From assembly GCF_000010625.1 (NCBI RefSeq), contig NC_010296.1:870001-902000 (forward strand): 32,000 bases of DNA. The letters run 5' to 3'. Numbering within the stretch: position 1 is the first letter of the stretch; every line of letters starts with the position of its first letter. The translations under genes were made by a program, and so were the position numbers. A model generated the notes under the pieces. It was not told the DNA's origin. It searched no databases and saw nothing but the letters and a program-made list of their open reading frames with translations. Source of the DNA: Microcystis aeruginosa NIES-843. Its GTDB lineage: Bacteria > Cyanobacteriota > Cyanobacteriia > Cyanobacteriales > Microcystaceae. Below, piece after piece: positions 1 to 9,263 of the stretch.

Positions 1-127
1 GCCAACGAATCGCACCACACCCTACACCCTACCCCGTTAAGACAGCGCCGGAGTTGGCGGCAGGGAGAGCTAGTCCGAGCATTTGTACTAAATTTTCCAA
101 GACACGCTGTCAATCCAGTACACTTGT

Positions 128-1105
128 TCAGCTTGAAATCAAAGCTCCTCCACAACTGGAACCGCTGCCAGCAGTGCAACCGTAGCAATAGGAAGCGGTT
201 TGTACCTCTGCAATTAGCTCTAAAGTACCCGCTTGTAATAAATCCGGCAGGGTTAATTTTTGGCCTTGACTGGTGCAAGCGGCCCGATCCTCCATCTGAT
301 TAAAATCGCAGTCATAGATATTACCCAAATAATCAATGGAAAGCTGATTACGACACATCAAATGCTCGATAGTATCGCCATTAAAATAGTCTTCGAGGAA
401 TTGAAGATAGGGTTGATAGAGTTGCCGGTGTTCCAGATGGAAGCGTGTCCTTCCGACGGGTAGGTTAGTGATAGTAAATAGATTGTTAAAAGAAATATTA
501 AAATGTTCTTGCAAGAACTTTTTGTAATCCCGTGTTAGGGATAGTTGATCCGGTGTGAGAGAAAAATTATCTGACTTAGGAATCTGGGGATTATAGACTA
601 AATCCACAATCAAATTCGGCTCTTGAGCGTAGCCGAGACGGTTTAACCATTGTAAAGCGGCGATTGATCGGTCATAGACTCCCAGACCGCGCATTTTATC
701 CACATTATCGGCAAGATAACAGGGTAAAGAAGCCACCACCCGCAACTGATGGCCAGCGCAATATTCAGGAATATCAGTAAATCCTTTCTCGAAATAAATA
801 GTTAAATTCGAGCGCACAATTACCTGTTTCCCAGCTTTTCTAGAGATTTCCACAATCGGCTTAAAACCGTAGAGCATTTCCGGGGCACCGCCGGTCAGAT
901 CGACGGTTTTAATTTGGGGAAATCTTTCGATCAGTTCGATAATTTGTTCGCACACTTCTGGAGTCATTTCTTCGGAACGACCTGGACTAGCTTCCACATG
1001 ACAATGGCTACAGGCAAGGTTACATCTTTTCCCCAAATTAATTTGCAGAACCGAGATTTTTTGCTTAGTTAAAGGAGTTTTTAGTTTCTCAACAAAAGGA
1101 GTCAT
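128..1105 (-). CDS. arsS: Radical SAM / Cys-rich-domain protein, arsenosugar-biosynthesis ArsS-like
   Basis: 325-aa ORF. It has a CNLACSHC (CxxxCxxC) radical-SAM cluster motif near the N-terminus and a Cys-rich tail, CYGCTAGSGSSCGGAL, typical of the ArsS-type family. It is co-oriented downstream of an ArsM-like methyltransferase. Confidence 0.75.
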   Translation of the reverse strand: MTPFVEKLKTPLTKQKISVLQINLGKRCNLACSHCHVEASPGRSEEMTPEVCEQIIELIERFPQIKTVDLTGGAPEMLYGFKPIVEISRKAGKQVIVRSNLTIYFEKGFTDIPEYCAGHQLRVVASLPCYLADNVDKMRGLGVYDRSIAALQWLNRLGYAQEPNLIVDLVYNPQIPKSDNFSLTPDQLSLTRDYKKFLQEHFNISFNNLFTITNLPVGRTRFHLEHRQLYQPYLQFLEDYFNGDTIEHLMCRNQLSIDYLGNIYDCDFNQMEDRAACTSQGQKLTLPDLLQAGTLELIAEVQTASYCYGCTAGSGSSCGGALISS

Positions 1106-1111
1106 GGGAGA

Positions 1112-1226
1112 GTAAACAGTAATCAGTAAACAGTAATCAGTAAACAGTAATCAGTAAACAGTAATCAGTGAACGGTAAACATTGAACAGTAAACGGTAAA
1201 CAGTAATTAGTAAACAGTAAACAGTG
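1112..1226. repeat. Heptanucleotide tandem repeat (CAGTAAA/CAGTAAT)n
   Basis: Direct reading shows about 16 consecutive 7-bp units with A/T variation at unit position 7. It lies in the arsM-arsS spacer. Confidence 0.9.
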
Positions 1227-1243
1227 ACCAATAACTAATCAAT

Positions 1244-1391
1244 GATAACTGATAACTGATAACTGATAACTGATAACTGATAACTGATAACTGATAACTG
1301 ATAACTGGTAACTGATAACTGATAACTGGTAACTGGTAACTGATAACTGATAACTGGTAACTGATAACTGGTAACTGGTAACTGATAACTG
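1244..1391. repeat. Heptanucleotide tandem repeat (GATAACT/GGTAACT)n, i.e. (CAGTTAT/CAGTTAC)n on the minus strand
   Basis: Direct reading shows about 21 consecutive 7-bp units. This explains the artefactual VISYQL-repeat ORF at 1207-1431. Confidence 0.9.
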
Positions 1392-1421
1392 AGGGATCGA
1401 ACTTGTCTCGACGCTGCTTTT

Positions 1422-2396
1422 TTAACAGCAACCGCCCCCGTTATAGTGCCAAGTGGACTCGGTGATGAGGATATCTTGGGGAGAGGAGCGAGCTAAGTTG
1501 CCCGCAGTTTTATCACAGACGGCCACCGGCAATCCTTTGGCTAAAATATGCCCGGCACCATCATCGAAAATTGCCTCCGTACCAGTATAAATAGCAGTTT
1601 TGCCCGTAAAAATACAGGCCCCATCTTCGGGAATAGCTAGTTTAAAAGCAACGGAATCCAAACTTTCTAATAGGAGCGGATCGGCTAAATTATAACTCTG
1701 ACAGTCCAGTAAACGATAGGGACGACGGGCCCGAATTTCTACCTGACCAAAACCAGCATCGAGCAACTGTTTAATATAATCATCGTAGGTCAAGGCCCCC
1801 GATAGACACATAGCTCGTAAACGCTGATCTTCTTGCAAATGTTCGGGGATTGGACGAGTGGCGATCGGATCGCTCATCAGTAAACGTCCTCCCGGTTTTA
1901 AGACGCGAAAAGCTTCCCGTAAAGCTAACTGTAAGTCGGCTGGTTTAAAGATATTAAAAAGACAATTCTGCGCCACTACATCGACGGAGGCATCCTCCAC
2001 CGGCAATTCAAAGGCGGAACCATCTCTAATTTCCACAAAATCGAGACTAAACCAGGGATTTTCCAGCAGCGCTTCGCTGAGATTTCTTTGGGCTGCCCAA
2101 CGCATTTCTGGCACTGGATCCACCGCAATGACTCCCCCTGGACGACGGGAAAAATAGGCGAATTGCAGTGCTTCTAAACCACCACCCACACCCACATACA
2201 AAACCCTGGGAGAATTGCCTAATTCATTGGCCTGCACCGTCGTGCCACAACCATAGTTCATCTCTTGCATAATGGCAGGGATTTTTAACCCCGGTAGTTG
2301 CAAAGGACTGCTGTGGACACAACATAGCCCCACTTCGGGAGTTTGGGCTACTTCGCTGTAAAATTTGGCAGTAGCTTCCAGATAAGTCATTTTCAT
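1422..2396 (-). CDS. arsM: SAM-dependent arsenite methyltransferase (ArsM-like)
   Basis: 324-aa ORF. It has a class I methyltransferase glycine motif (VLYVGVGGG) and conserved Cys positions (GLCC, YGCG, NCLFN, CLSG), with a C-terminal GGGCC. It is adjacent to arsS. Confidence 0.75.
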   Translation of the reverse strand: MKMTYLEATAKFYSEVAQTPEVGLCCVHSSPLQLPGLKIPAIMQEMNYGCGTTVQANELGNSPRVLYVGVGGGLEALQFAYFSRRPGGVIAVDPVPEMRWAAQRNLSEALLENPWFSLDFVEIRDGSAFELPVEDASVDVVAQNCLFNIFKPADLQLALREAFRVLKPGGRLLMSDPIATRPIPEHLQEDQRLRAMCLSGALTYDDYIKQLLDAGFGQVEIRARRPYRLLDCQSYNLADPLLLESLDSVAFKLAIPEDGACIFTGKTAIYTGTEAIFDDGAGHILAKGLPVAVCDKTAGNLARSSPQDILITESTWHYNGGGCC

Positions 2397-2531
2397 CCTT
2401 TAAACTCCTTTTCTCTGATCAATTCAAGGACCGACTTCGCATCCTCGCCCAACGCTATCGTAGCATTCGTACTGACCTATAAACGCTTAAAATGCGTCTT
2501 AGTTTATCTTGATGCTCCGAGAACTCGAATA

Positions 2532-2648
2532 TATAGCGTTTTTCAGTCTGCTGAGGTACAAAAGTGATGGGTTTTAGGCAAAAGGCAAGAGGCAGAAGGC
2601 AAAAGGGAAGAAAAATAGGTGTACCTCACTAGCTTAGGAAATGCTATA
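2532..2648. mobile_element. 117-bp MITE with IS630-type terminal inverted repeats
   Basis: The ends are TATAGCGTTTTTCAGTCTGCTGAGGTAC (2532-2559) and GTACCTCACTAGCTTAGGAAATGCTATA (2621-2648). These are inverted repeats resembling the 28-bp IRs of the IS630 copies at 3671-4708 and 25932-26969. The element has no coding capacity. Confidence 0.65.
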
Positions 2649-3670
2649 AATCTTCTTCGGCCTGTTGATGAGAGGTTTTGGCACAAGCACCTGACAGGGG
2701 GACAAGCCAGCTGAAAAGCTTATGTAGCATGGAATACAGACACAGACTTCCAAAAAAGATAAGTCATATATAGTAAATATGACCTAGAGAACAAAAATGA
2801 TAAGTGAACTATACCAGAAAGTGTTAGAAAATGAACTGGGGCGAGCCAGATATCTACTGTTGTTAATGATAGTTGGAACCTGGCAAATACTAAAGCAAGC
2901 CAAGTTAGAGATATTAGCAGAAGCACTACCAATACCAATCCTGTTTGAGAGTCGGCGAAAAAAACTAAAAAGATTTTTAAAGCTGGAAATTCTGAATATT
3001 GAAAGAATCTGGTTTCCCTGCCTAAAAGAGATGTTAAAACAGCAGGAGAGATTCACAATAAAAGGATTAGTATATATTGCCATAGACCGAACGATTTTGG
3101 GAGCAATTAATATCTTGATGGTGAGTCTGATTTATGACAAGAGAGCCATGCCAATCTATTGGGAGATATTAGATAAAAAAGGAAGTAGTAATCTCGAAGA
3201 ACAGCAGCGAGTATTAGAAAAAACATTGACCGTGCTATCAGGTCATAAAATAGTGGTGTTAGGAGATAGAGAATTTTGCTCGGTCAGTCTTGGGAAGTGG
3301 CTTCAGAAGCAGAGTTTATACTTTTGTTTAAGACAAAAAAAAAGCACAAATGTGAAGACGAAGGAAGGGATTTATCAAGAAATGAGAGAGTTAGGTTTAA
3401 GTCCAGGAACTCAATTATTTTTGCATGATGTAAATATTACAAAAGAGAAGGGATTTGGCGAGTTTAACTTAGCGGGTAAGTGGAAAAAAACTTATCGGGG
3501 TTTTCAAACAAAAGAGCCTTGGTATATTCTGACTAACTTTGGAGATTTAGAGACGGCAATAATGGCCTATCAAAAAAGATTTGATATTGAGGAGATGTTC
3601 CGAGATTTTAAGTCGGGAGGCTATAGCTTAGAAGGTTCTCAATTAGCACCGAAATACCTATCAAAGCTGA

Positions 3671-4708
3671 TATAGCAATTCTCTGACTTATGAGGTACAG
3701 TAGCAACAGTGAGTAAACCAATTGCGAATATCTTTTTGAGTAACTTCTAACATAGCCAATTCAATCCCTTCTATTAAGTCTTTGTAAGTTCTCGCCTTCA
3801 GTTTTCTTAACGTCGCTTTCACTTTTGACCAAAAGTTTTCAATAGGAGAGAATTCGGGAGAATAAGGAGGTAAATAGATGAGTCTAGCTTTTTCTTGTTC
3901 GATTATTTCTCTGACCATTTCTCCGAGATGAATCTTGGCGTTATCCATGATCAGACAGTCTCCTTCTTTAATTTTTGGCAGCACTTCCTTTAGAATAAAT
4001 CCTTCAAATGTTACCGCATCCACTGCACCGTATATGTTGACTGATGCGACAACTTTTTCTCAGCTTATAGCACTAATTATTGAAATATTTCTCCCTCTTT
4101 TTTGTGGTTTTCTTCCCCGAGCTCTTCGGCCAATTAAGGCTCTAGCATAGAGTCTCAAAAGGGCTAAATTTACCCCCGATTCCTCGATGAAAATTAGTTT
4201 TGATGCCTCAATTTCCCGAACTTCTGACCAGTATTCCACTCTTTTTTGCTCTACCCTGTCACTTTCTTTTTCCGCCGCGTGTAGTGTTTTTTTTTGAAAC
4301 TGTAATTGAGTTTTTGCGTAAGCCGCCCCAGGGTGGCTCTACTGACTTTCACCTGTGTCTTTTCATACAGTAAGTCCGATAATTCTTCGAGAGTTGCATC
4401 ATTGTTAGCTTCGATGATTTCTATTAAAATTATCAGTTGTTCACTATTTAACTTGGTTGGCGGACTTCCCCCTTGCGGACGAGGACGGATATCTCCTGTT
4501 TCTTTATGTTGCTTCAATAACTTCTGAATAAAGCTTTTAGCCACGTCAAATCTCTGGGCTAGTCCTCGAATGGAAATTTTTTCTTTCTTCCAGACATCGA
4601 TAATTTTTTGGCGAAAATCTACGGAATAGGGTCTCATAGGAAGCTGGTAAGTTCTATTATTTGTCTATTTACTTTCTATTGTACCTCATAGCTCCAAGAA
4701 TTGCTATA
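3671..4708 (-). mobile_element. IS630-family IS, copy A (1038 bp including the TA duplication)
   Basis: 28-bp IRs (TATAGCAATTCT..GAG.TATGAGGTAC) flanked by TA. It is near-identical to copy B at 25932-26969. Confidence 0.9.
3688..4637 (-). pseudogene. IS630-family transposase, copy A, inactivated by a nonsense codon
   Basis: Same two-frame organisation as copy B. The codon at 4060-4062 (plus strand TCA, minus strand TGA) replaces TTA (Leu) of copy B and truncates the DDE-domain frame. Confidence 0.8.
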
Positions 4709-5358
4709 ATTGTTATAGCTATCGCCTATACAAGTGCCACACTACAAGGTAAAAAAATTAAGAATATGGGAATCCAAAAATATGTCACAAGACCTGAAAA
4801 AAGATATAAAGGTCAACGCAGACACAGCAGTTTTTATGTGGGTCAACATCTCTATCATTGGCTCCAGCTACATCAAATGTTCCCAAAAAATATAGAAGAG
4901 CTAATGCAAATTAGCCGCTATCGGTTGAAGGATTACATCAAGGGACAAAGAGCTATATCGCTTGCCCTATCTACCTTCTAGCTCGCTTGTCCCCCTCTCA
5001 GGTGGCAACGAGGTCTATACTGATAGTTTCTTCGGCAAAATAGCCCTAAAAGTCTTACCCGATAAACATTTCACGATTCCATAAGCAAAAATTATCACAC
5101 AAAGTCGAGAAGAGCCATGAATACGAATAACGATAGACAACATCTCAAATTATTATCAATCTTCCACTATATTGTGGGAGGGATTCTTGCCTTTTTCTCT
5201 CTCTTTCCACTTATCCACTTTACTATCGGTTTACTCATCATTACCGAATCTATTTCAGTACATTCATCGAAAATTTGGGTCTGAAACCCCGTCGTTCTAC
5301 GACGGCTTTACCGTTAAATATGAGCATCGTTTACGAAATATATGCTAAAATGTGAGGT

Positions 5359-6547
5359 ATGGAAAAAGCCTATTCTTACCGATTTTACCCAACACCAGAA
5401 CAAGAGTCGCTATTGCGGCGCACTTTGGGCTGTGTAAGATTGGTTTACAATAAAGCTCTCCACGAACGAACACAAGCTTGGTATGAAAGACAAGAAAGAG
5501 TAGGCTACGCTCAAACTTCTTCAATGTTGACCGATTGGAAAAAGCAAGAAGAATTAGACTTTTTAAACGAAGTTAGCTGTGTACCTTTACAACAAGGGTT
5601 AAGACACCTACAAACAGCTTTTACTAATTTCTTTGCTGGTCGTACTAAGTATCCTAACTTTAAGAAAAAACATCAGGGAGGAAGTGCCGAATTTACCAAG
5701 TCTGCTTTTAAATTTAAAGACAAACAAATCTATTTAGCCAAATGCACAGAACCTTTACCTATTCGATGGTCAAGACAAATCCCAGAAAGCTGTGAACCAA
5801 GCACAGTAACAGTCAGATTACATCCTTCTGGACGTTGGCATATTTCAATAAGATTTGATGACCCAACGATTAAGCCTCTACCAGTAACAGATAAAGCCAT
5901 TGGAATTGACTTAGGAATTAGTAGCCTCGTGATTACCAGCGATGGTGACAAAGTATCTAATCCTAAGCATTTTAAGAAACATTATCGGAGACTGCGAAGA
6001 GCATCTAAAAGTCTTTCTCGAAAACAGAAAGGGTCAAAAAATCGGGAAAAAGCGAGAATCAAAGTAGCCAAGATTCACGCTCGAATCACCGATAACAGAA
6101 AAGACCATTTACACAAGCTAACCACTCAATTAGTTCGTGAAAACCAAACGATTGTGGTTGAGAATTTAGCCGTCAAGAATATGGTCAAAAACCCCAAGTT
6201 ATCTCAGGCAATATCTGATGTAAGCTGGGGTGAAATCACCCGACAATTAGCCTATAAATGCCGTTGGTATGGGAGAAATTACATCGAAATAGATAGATGG
6301 TTTCCTAGCTCTAAAAGGTGTAGTAATTGCGGGTATATTGCCCTTGAAAATGCCGTTAAATGTTCGAGAATGGGACTGTCCAGACTGTGGGACTCACCAC
6401 GACCGAGATATTAACGCTAGTAAAAATATTTTGGCCGCAGGGCTTGCGGTGTCAGTCTGTAGAGCGACCATAAGACCAGAACAGAGTAAATCTGTTAAGG
6501 CAGGTGCGGAACCCCGCAAGGGAAAGAAGCAGAAACCTAAATCGTGA
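5359..6547 (+). pseudogene. tnpB: TnpB (OrfB) RNA-guided nuclease homologue with one frameshift
   Basis: RuvC-like motifs are present ([24 protein letters not shown]) together with a zinc finger (CSNCG...CPDCG). The reading frame changes around 6335-6350: ORF 5359-6414 continues in ORF 6338-6547. Confidence 0.85.
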
Positions 6548-6592
6548 GGTTTGGGAATCACCGTCCGTTTACGGCGGTGAGGATGTCAAATT
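6420..6592 (+). ncRNA. Putative omega-RNA (reRNA) scaffold overlapping the tnpB 3' end and right end
   Basis: Assigned by analogy with characterised TnpB elements, where the guide RNA derives from the tnpB 3' end plus RE. A conserved hairpin, CACCGTCCG-TTTA-CGGCGGTG, lies at the extreme right end. There are no expression data. Confidence 0.4.
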
Positions 6593-6819
6593 AGGAGAAG
6601 TTTTTGCTATTGCTACCATTGTATCGGGGCGATTCCTCAAACGCCGCCAGAGATACTGGTTTTCCTTCGTTATGGCCTGCATCCTCTGCTTATTCACTCC
6701 CTTGGGGACAATCCTCGGAGTCTTCACGATTATTGTTCTCTCCCGCCAGTCCGTCAAGGAGCTATACGGGCTTCCTAATGCAGATACCGTTAATTAACAT
6801 CTCCAAATGAGAGCGGCCT

Positions 6820-7350
6820 TCAATAAATAGGCTTAGTAGCAGCCGCCGTCACGCTCAATAAGAAAGCCACGAACTGGATACTGAAAATAATAAATGCTAT
6901 CAACTGACCCAGCGATAATTGAGCGGCGAGGACTGGGGAAGCCCCATACCAGAAAAGGAAGAGTACGATTAGGGTCAAAGGCAAGCGGAAAGAAAGAGGA
7001 AGAGGTTCTGAACCAGACTCGGCTACCAATCTGTTTCTTTTGAGAAGGTAATAGGTTCCACAGGCTAGGGCAGTTAGTCCAGTGGAAGCAAAGGCAAGTT
7101 GAGGACTGTAAATAGCCATTAATGATAGCATGGCCAAGACTTTAGGGAGTGTGACAGCGACTTTGAGAAAGAGGTTCCTAGCCAGACCGTTGCCTATGAT
7201 GGCGGCGGTGAGAGCGGCTAGGCCGATCTCCGAGGCACTGGCAAAGAGAGTCGTCACTATCAAGAAAACACCCCAAAAGTTGAGAGCCTCAGGCGAGTTC
7301 TGGATGATGACCTTATCGATAATCACCTGAATGACTAAGGGGATAGACAA
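6820..7350 (-). CDS. Hypothetical polytopic membrane protein, possibly an ABC-exporter TMD-like gene fragment
   Basis: Hydrophobic 176-aa ORF with a TTG start. The open frame extends about 75 nt further upstream without an ATG. The LVIQVIIDKVI and GQLIAFIIF motifs resemble ABC-exporter transmembrane domains. No nucleotide-binding domain follows. Confidence 0.3.
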   Translation of the reverse strand: MSIPLVIQVIIDKVIIQNSPEALNFWGVFLIVTTLFASASEIGLAALTAAIIGNGLARNLFLKVAVTLPKVLAMLSLMAIYSPQLAFASTGLTALACGTYYLLKRNRLVAESGSEPLPLSFRLPLTLIVLFLFWYGASPVLAAQLSLGQLIAFIIFSIQFVAFLLSVTAAATKPIY

Positions 7351-7486
7351 CCAGAACAGAGTACCGAAGGCACTTAAAAAGAAGACGGTTATCGATAAGA
7401 GCAGTTGAATGATAATTGTTACTCCCCGAAGCTAAACTCACCGGATGAACGATCCAGGCTAGACATACCATAAAATATTTAGCCAC

Positions 7487-7512
7487 AAAAAAGCACCCCC
7501 TTGCGGGAGTGC
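7487..7512 (-). terminator. Rho-independent terminator of psbA copy 1
   Basis: On the minus strand, GCACTCCC-GCAA-GGGGGTGC is followed by TTTTTT. The same hairpin follows every psbA copy. Confidence 0.8.
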
Positions 7513-7532
7513 CTTTTCGTTCAGACTAGGAA

Positions 7533-8615
7533 TTAACCATTGATAGCAGGAGCAATCAGAGCTACAGGAGCCTGTTCACCACTAGCCAAGTCTAAGGGGA
7601 AGTTGTGAGCATTGCGCTCGTGCATTACTTCCATACCGATACCAGCGCGGTTCAGCACATCGGCCCAAGTACCGATTACACGACCTTGAGAATCGAGAAT
7701 CGACTGGTTGAAGTTGAAACCGTTGAGGTTAAACGCCATGGTGCTAACACCCATCGCCGTAAACCAGATACCGATTACCGGCCAAGCACCTAAGAAGAAG
7801 TGCAGAGAGCGGCTGTTGTTGAAAGAAGCGTATTGGAAGATTAAACGTCCGAAGTAACCGTGAGCGGCAACGATATTGTAGGTTTCTTCTTCTTGACCGA
7901 ATTTGTAACCGTAGTTCTGAGATTCGATTTCAGTGGTTTCACGCACTAAGGAAGAAGTTACTAGAGAACCGTGCATCGCACTGAACAAGGAACCGCCGAA
8001 CACACCGGCAACACCTAACATATGGAAGGGGTGCATCAGGATGTTATGTTCTGCTTGGAACACGAACATAAAGTTAAAGGTTCCAGAGATTCCTAAAGGC
8101 ATACCATCAGAGAAGGAACCTTGTCCGATGGGATAGATTAAGAATACAGCAGTAGCGGCGGATACGGGTGCAGAGTAAGCTACACAGATCCAAGGACGCA
8201 TTCCTAAACGGAAAGACAGTTCCCACTGACGACCGAGGTAGCAGAAGACACCTAGTAAGAAGTGGAAAATGACTAACTGGTAAGGACCACCGTTGTATAA
8301 CCACTCATCTAAGGAAGCAGCTTCCCAGATGGGGTAGAAGTGGAGTCCAATCGCGTTGGAGGAGGGAACAACCGCACCGGAGATGATGTTGTTTCCGTAA
8401 AGTAGAGAACCGGCTACAGGCTCGCGGATACCGTCGATATCTACAGGAGGAGCGGCGATAAAGGCGATGATGAAGCAGGTGGTGGCGGTGAGCAGGGTGG
8501 GGATCATGATGACACCGAACCAACCGATGTATAAACGGTTGTTGGTGCTGGTGATCCACTGACAGAACTGCTCCCACAGGGAAGCGCTCTCGCGCTGTTG
8601 TAGAGTGGTGGTCAT
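7533..8615 (-). CDS. psbA: Photosystem II D1 protein, copy 1
   Basis: 360-aa ORF beginning [23 protein letters not shown] and ending ...APAING, unmistakably D1. The protein is identical to the other two copies. Confidence 0.98.
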   Translation of the reverse strand: MTTTLQQRESASLWEQFCQWITSTNNRLYIGWFGVIMIPTLLTATTCFIIAFIAAPPVDIDGIREPVAGSLLYGNNIISGAVVPSSNAIGLHFYPIWEAASLDEWLYNGGPYQLVIFHFLLGVFCYLGRQWELSFRLGMRPWICVAYSAPVSAATAVFLIYPIGQGSFSDGMPLGISGTFNFMFVFQAEHNILMHPFHMLGVAGVFGGSLFSAMHGSLVTSSLVRETTEIESQNYGYKFGQEEETYNIVAAHGYFGRLIFQYASFNNSRSLHFFLGAWPVIGIWFTAMGVSTMAFNLNGFNFNQSILDSQGRVIGTWADVLNRAGIGMEVMHERNAHNFPLDLASGEQAPVALIAPAING

Positions 8616-8664
8616 TGGTTTATGATTCCTATTAAGTTATCGAGGTACGATTGATGATGTCTCT

Positions 8665-8693
8665 ATCTTAGAGAGTTTGTAACGGTTTGTAAA
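8665..8693 (-). promoter_or_regulatory. Candidate sigma70-type psbA promoter (TTTACA-N17-TAAGAT)
   Basis: Read on the minus strand. It is identical to the promoter region of copy 3 and sits about 50-80 nt upstream of the ATG. Confidence 0.5.
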
Positions 8694-8794
8694 GGGGTTT
8701 GAAACTATTGTTACTTATACCATTGATAAGCTGAGGTTATGAAAAACCCTAGATCTCGAACTCAGGTTAGACTAAAAAGGGAAATTTAATCATA

Positions 8795-9211
8795 ATGGCG
8801 GTTGTCATGACTATGGTAGAAAAAGTTCGTAAAACCGAGGCGGAATGGCAGGCCCAGCTAACTCCCGAACAGTTCCAAGTTACTCGCAAAAAGGGAACAG
8901 AACGGGCTTTTACAGGTAAATATCACGATAATAAAGAAAAAGGTATTTACAAATGTGTCTGCTGTGGTACGGAGTTATTTACTTCTGACAGCAAGTATGA
9001 TTCGGGTACTGGTTGGCCGAGTTTCTGGACTGCTGCTAACGAGGCTAATATTAAGTACGAGCGAGATGTTAGTTTTTTCATGGTGCGGACAGAGATTGTT
9101 TGTGCCGCCTGTGATGCTCATCTTGGTCACGTTTTTAATGATGGTCCACCCCCGACGGGAAAACGCTATTGTCTCAACTCTGCCGCTTTGCAGTTTGAAA
9201 AAAATCCCTAA
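8795..9211 (+). CDS. msrB: Peptide-methionine (R)-S-oxide reductase
   Basis: It has two CxxC pairs (CVCCG, CAACD) and the GWPSFW and RYCLNS active-site motifs. Alternative ATG starts lie at 8810 and 8816. Confidence 0.9.
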   Translation: MAVVMTMVEKVRKTEAEWQAQLTPEQFQVTRKKGTERAFTGKYHDNKEKGIYKCVCCGTELFTSDSKYDSGTGWPSFWTAANEANIKYERDVSFFMVRTEIVCAACDAHLGHVFNDGPPPTGKRYCLNSAALQFEKNP

Positions 9212-9214
9212 AGC

Positions 9215-9244
9215 AAAAAGAGGTCTGGAAAGACCTCTTTTTTT
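9215..9244. terminator. Bidirectional terminator between convergent msrB and apcC
   Basis: Perfect hairpin AAAAAGAGGTCT-GGAA-AGACCTCTTTTT, with an A-run on one side and a T-run on the other. Confidence 0.8.
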
Positions 9245-9263
9245 AAGTTCCAGTGGCAGCCAA

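Larger units (their letters stand above)
2797..4981 (+). pseudogene. IS4-family DDE transposase split by the IS630 insertion (segments 2797-3672 and 4709-4981)
   Basis: DDE-type motifs are present (IAIDRT, VLGDREF, YQKRFDIEEMFRDFKSGGY). Removing 3673-4708 joins ...LSKLI to IVIAIAYTS... in frame. Confidence 0.8.
2688..5004 (+). mobile_element. IS4-family insertion sequence, itself interrupted by an IS630-family element
   Basis: 24-bp imperfect IRs: CACCTGACAGGGGGACAAGCCAGC (2688-2711) against the reverse complement of 4981-5004 (CACCTGAGAGGGGGACAAGCGAGC). They enclose a split DDE transposase. Confidence 0.8.
5266..6592 (+). mobile_element. IS200/IS605-family TnpB-only element (no tnpA)
   Basis: The left end has a hairpin, CCGTCG-TTCT-ACGACGG. 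The right end has the hairpin-containing 36-mer GGAATCACCGTCCGTTTACGGCGGTGAGGATGTCAA. Both ends recur in the mini-element at 9528-9916. Exact end positions are uncertain by a few nt. Confidence 0.7.
5117..6797 (+). pseudogene. Small membrane-protein gene split by the TnpB element (fragments about 5117-5265 and about 6593-6797)
   Basis: The N-terminal fragment reads MNTNNDRQHLKLLSIFHYIVGGILAFFSLFPLIHFTIGLLIITESISVHS. The C-terminal fragment reads GEVFAIATIVSGRFLKRRQRYWFSFVMACILCLFTPLGTILGVFTIIVLSRQSVKELYG.... With the proposed element ends removed, the two fragments join in frame. Confidence 0.55.

Noticed and set aside
1112-1391. Possibility that the dense short repeats (also 13341-13375 and 20403-20722) are CRISPR arrays
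   Set aside because: The units are 7 bp and directly abutting with no unique spacers, and no cas genes are present. They are STRR-type tandem repeats.
1207-1431. 74-aa ORF with a VISYQLP/VISYQLS repeat protein
   Set aside because: It is a pure translation artefact of the (GATAACT/GGTAACT)n heptad array, since 7 bp x 3 gives a 7-aa periodicity. It has no start context and lies in the arsM-arsS spacer.
2720-3083. Minus-strand ORFs 2720-2938 and 2784-3083
   Set aside because: They are antisense to the IS4-family transposase coding region and show no supporting motifs.
6504-6592. N-terminal part of ORF 6504-6797 ([30 protein letters not shown]) as genuine coding sequence
   Set aside because: This portion is translated from the TnpB element's right end / omega-RNA region. 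Only the part from about 6593 onward belongs to the interrupted host gene.
7605-8577. Alternate-frame and antisense ORFs inside psbA (e.g. 8305-8577, 8107-8304, 7933-8136, 7605-7793, and equivalents in copies 2 and 3)
   Set aside because: They lie entirely within an unambiguous, highly conserved D1 coding frame. Their recurrence simply reflects the triplicated gene. The sequences are low-complexity and Arg/His-rich.
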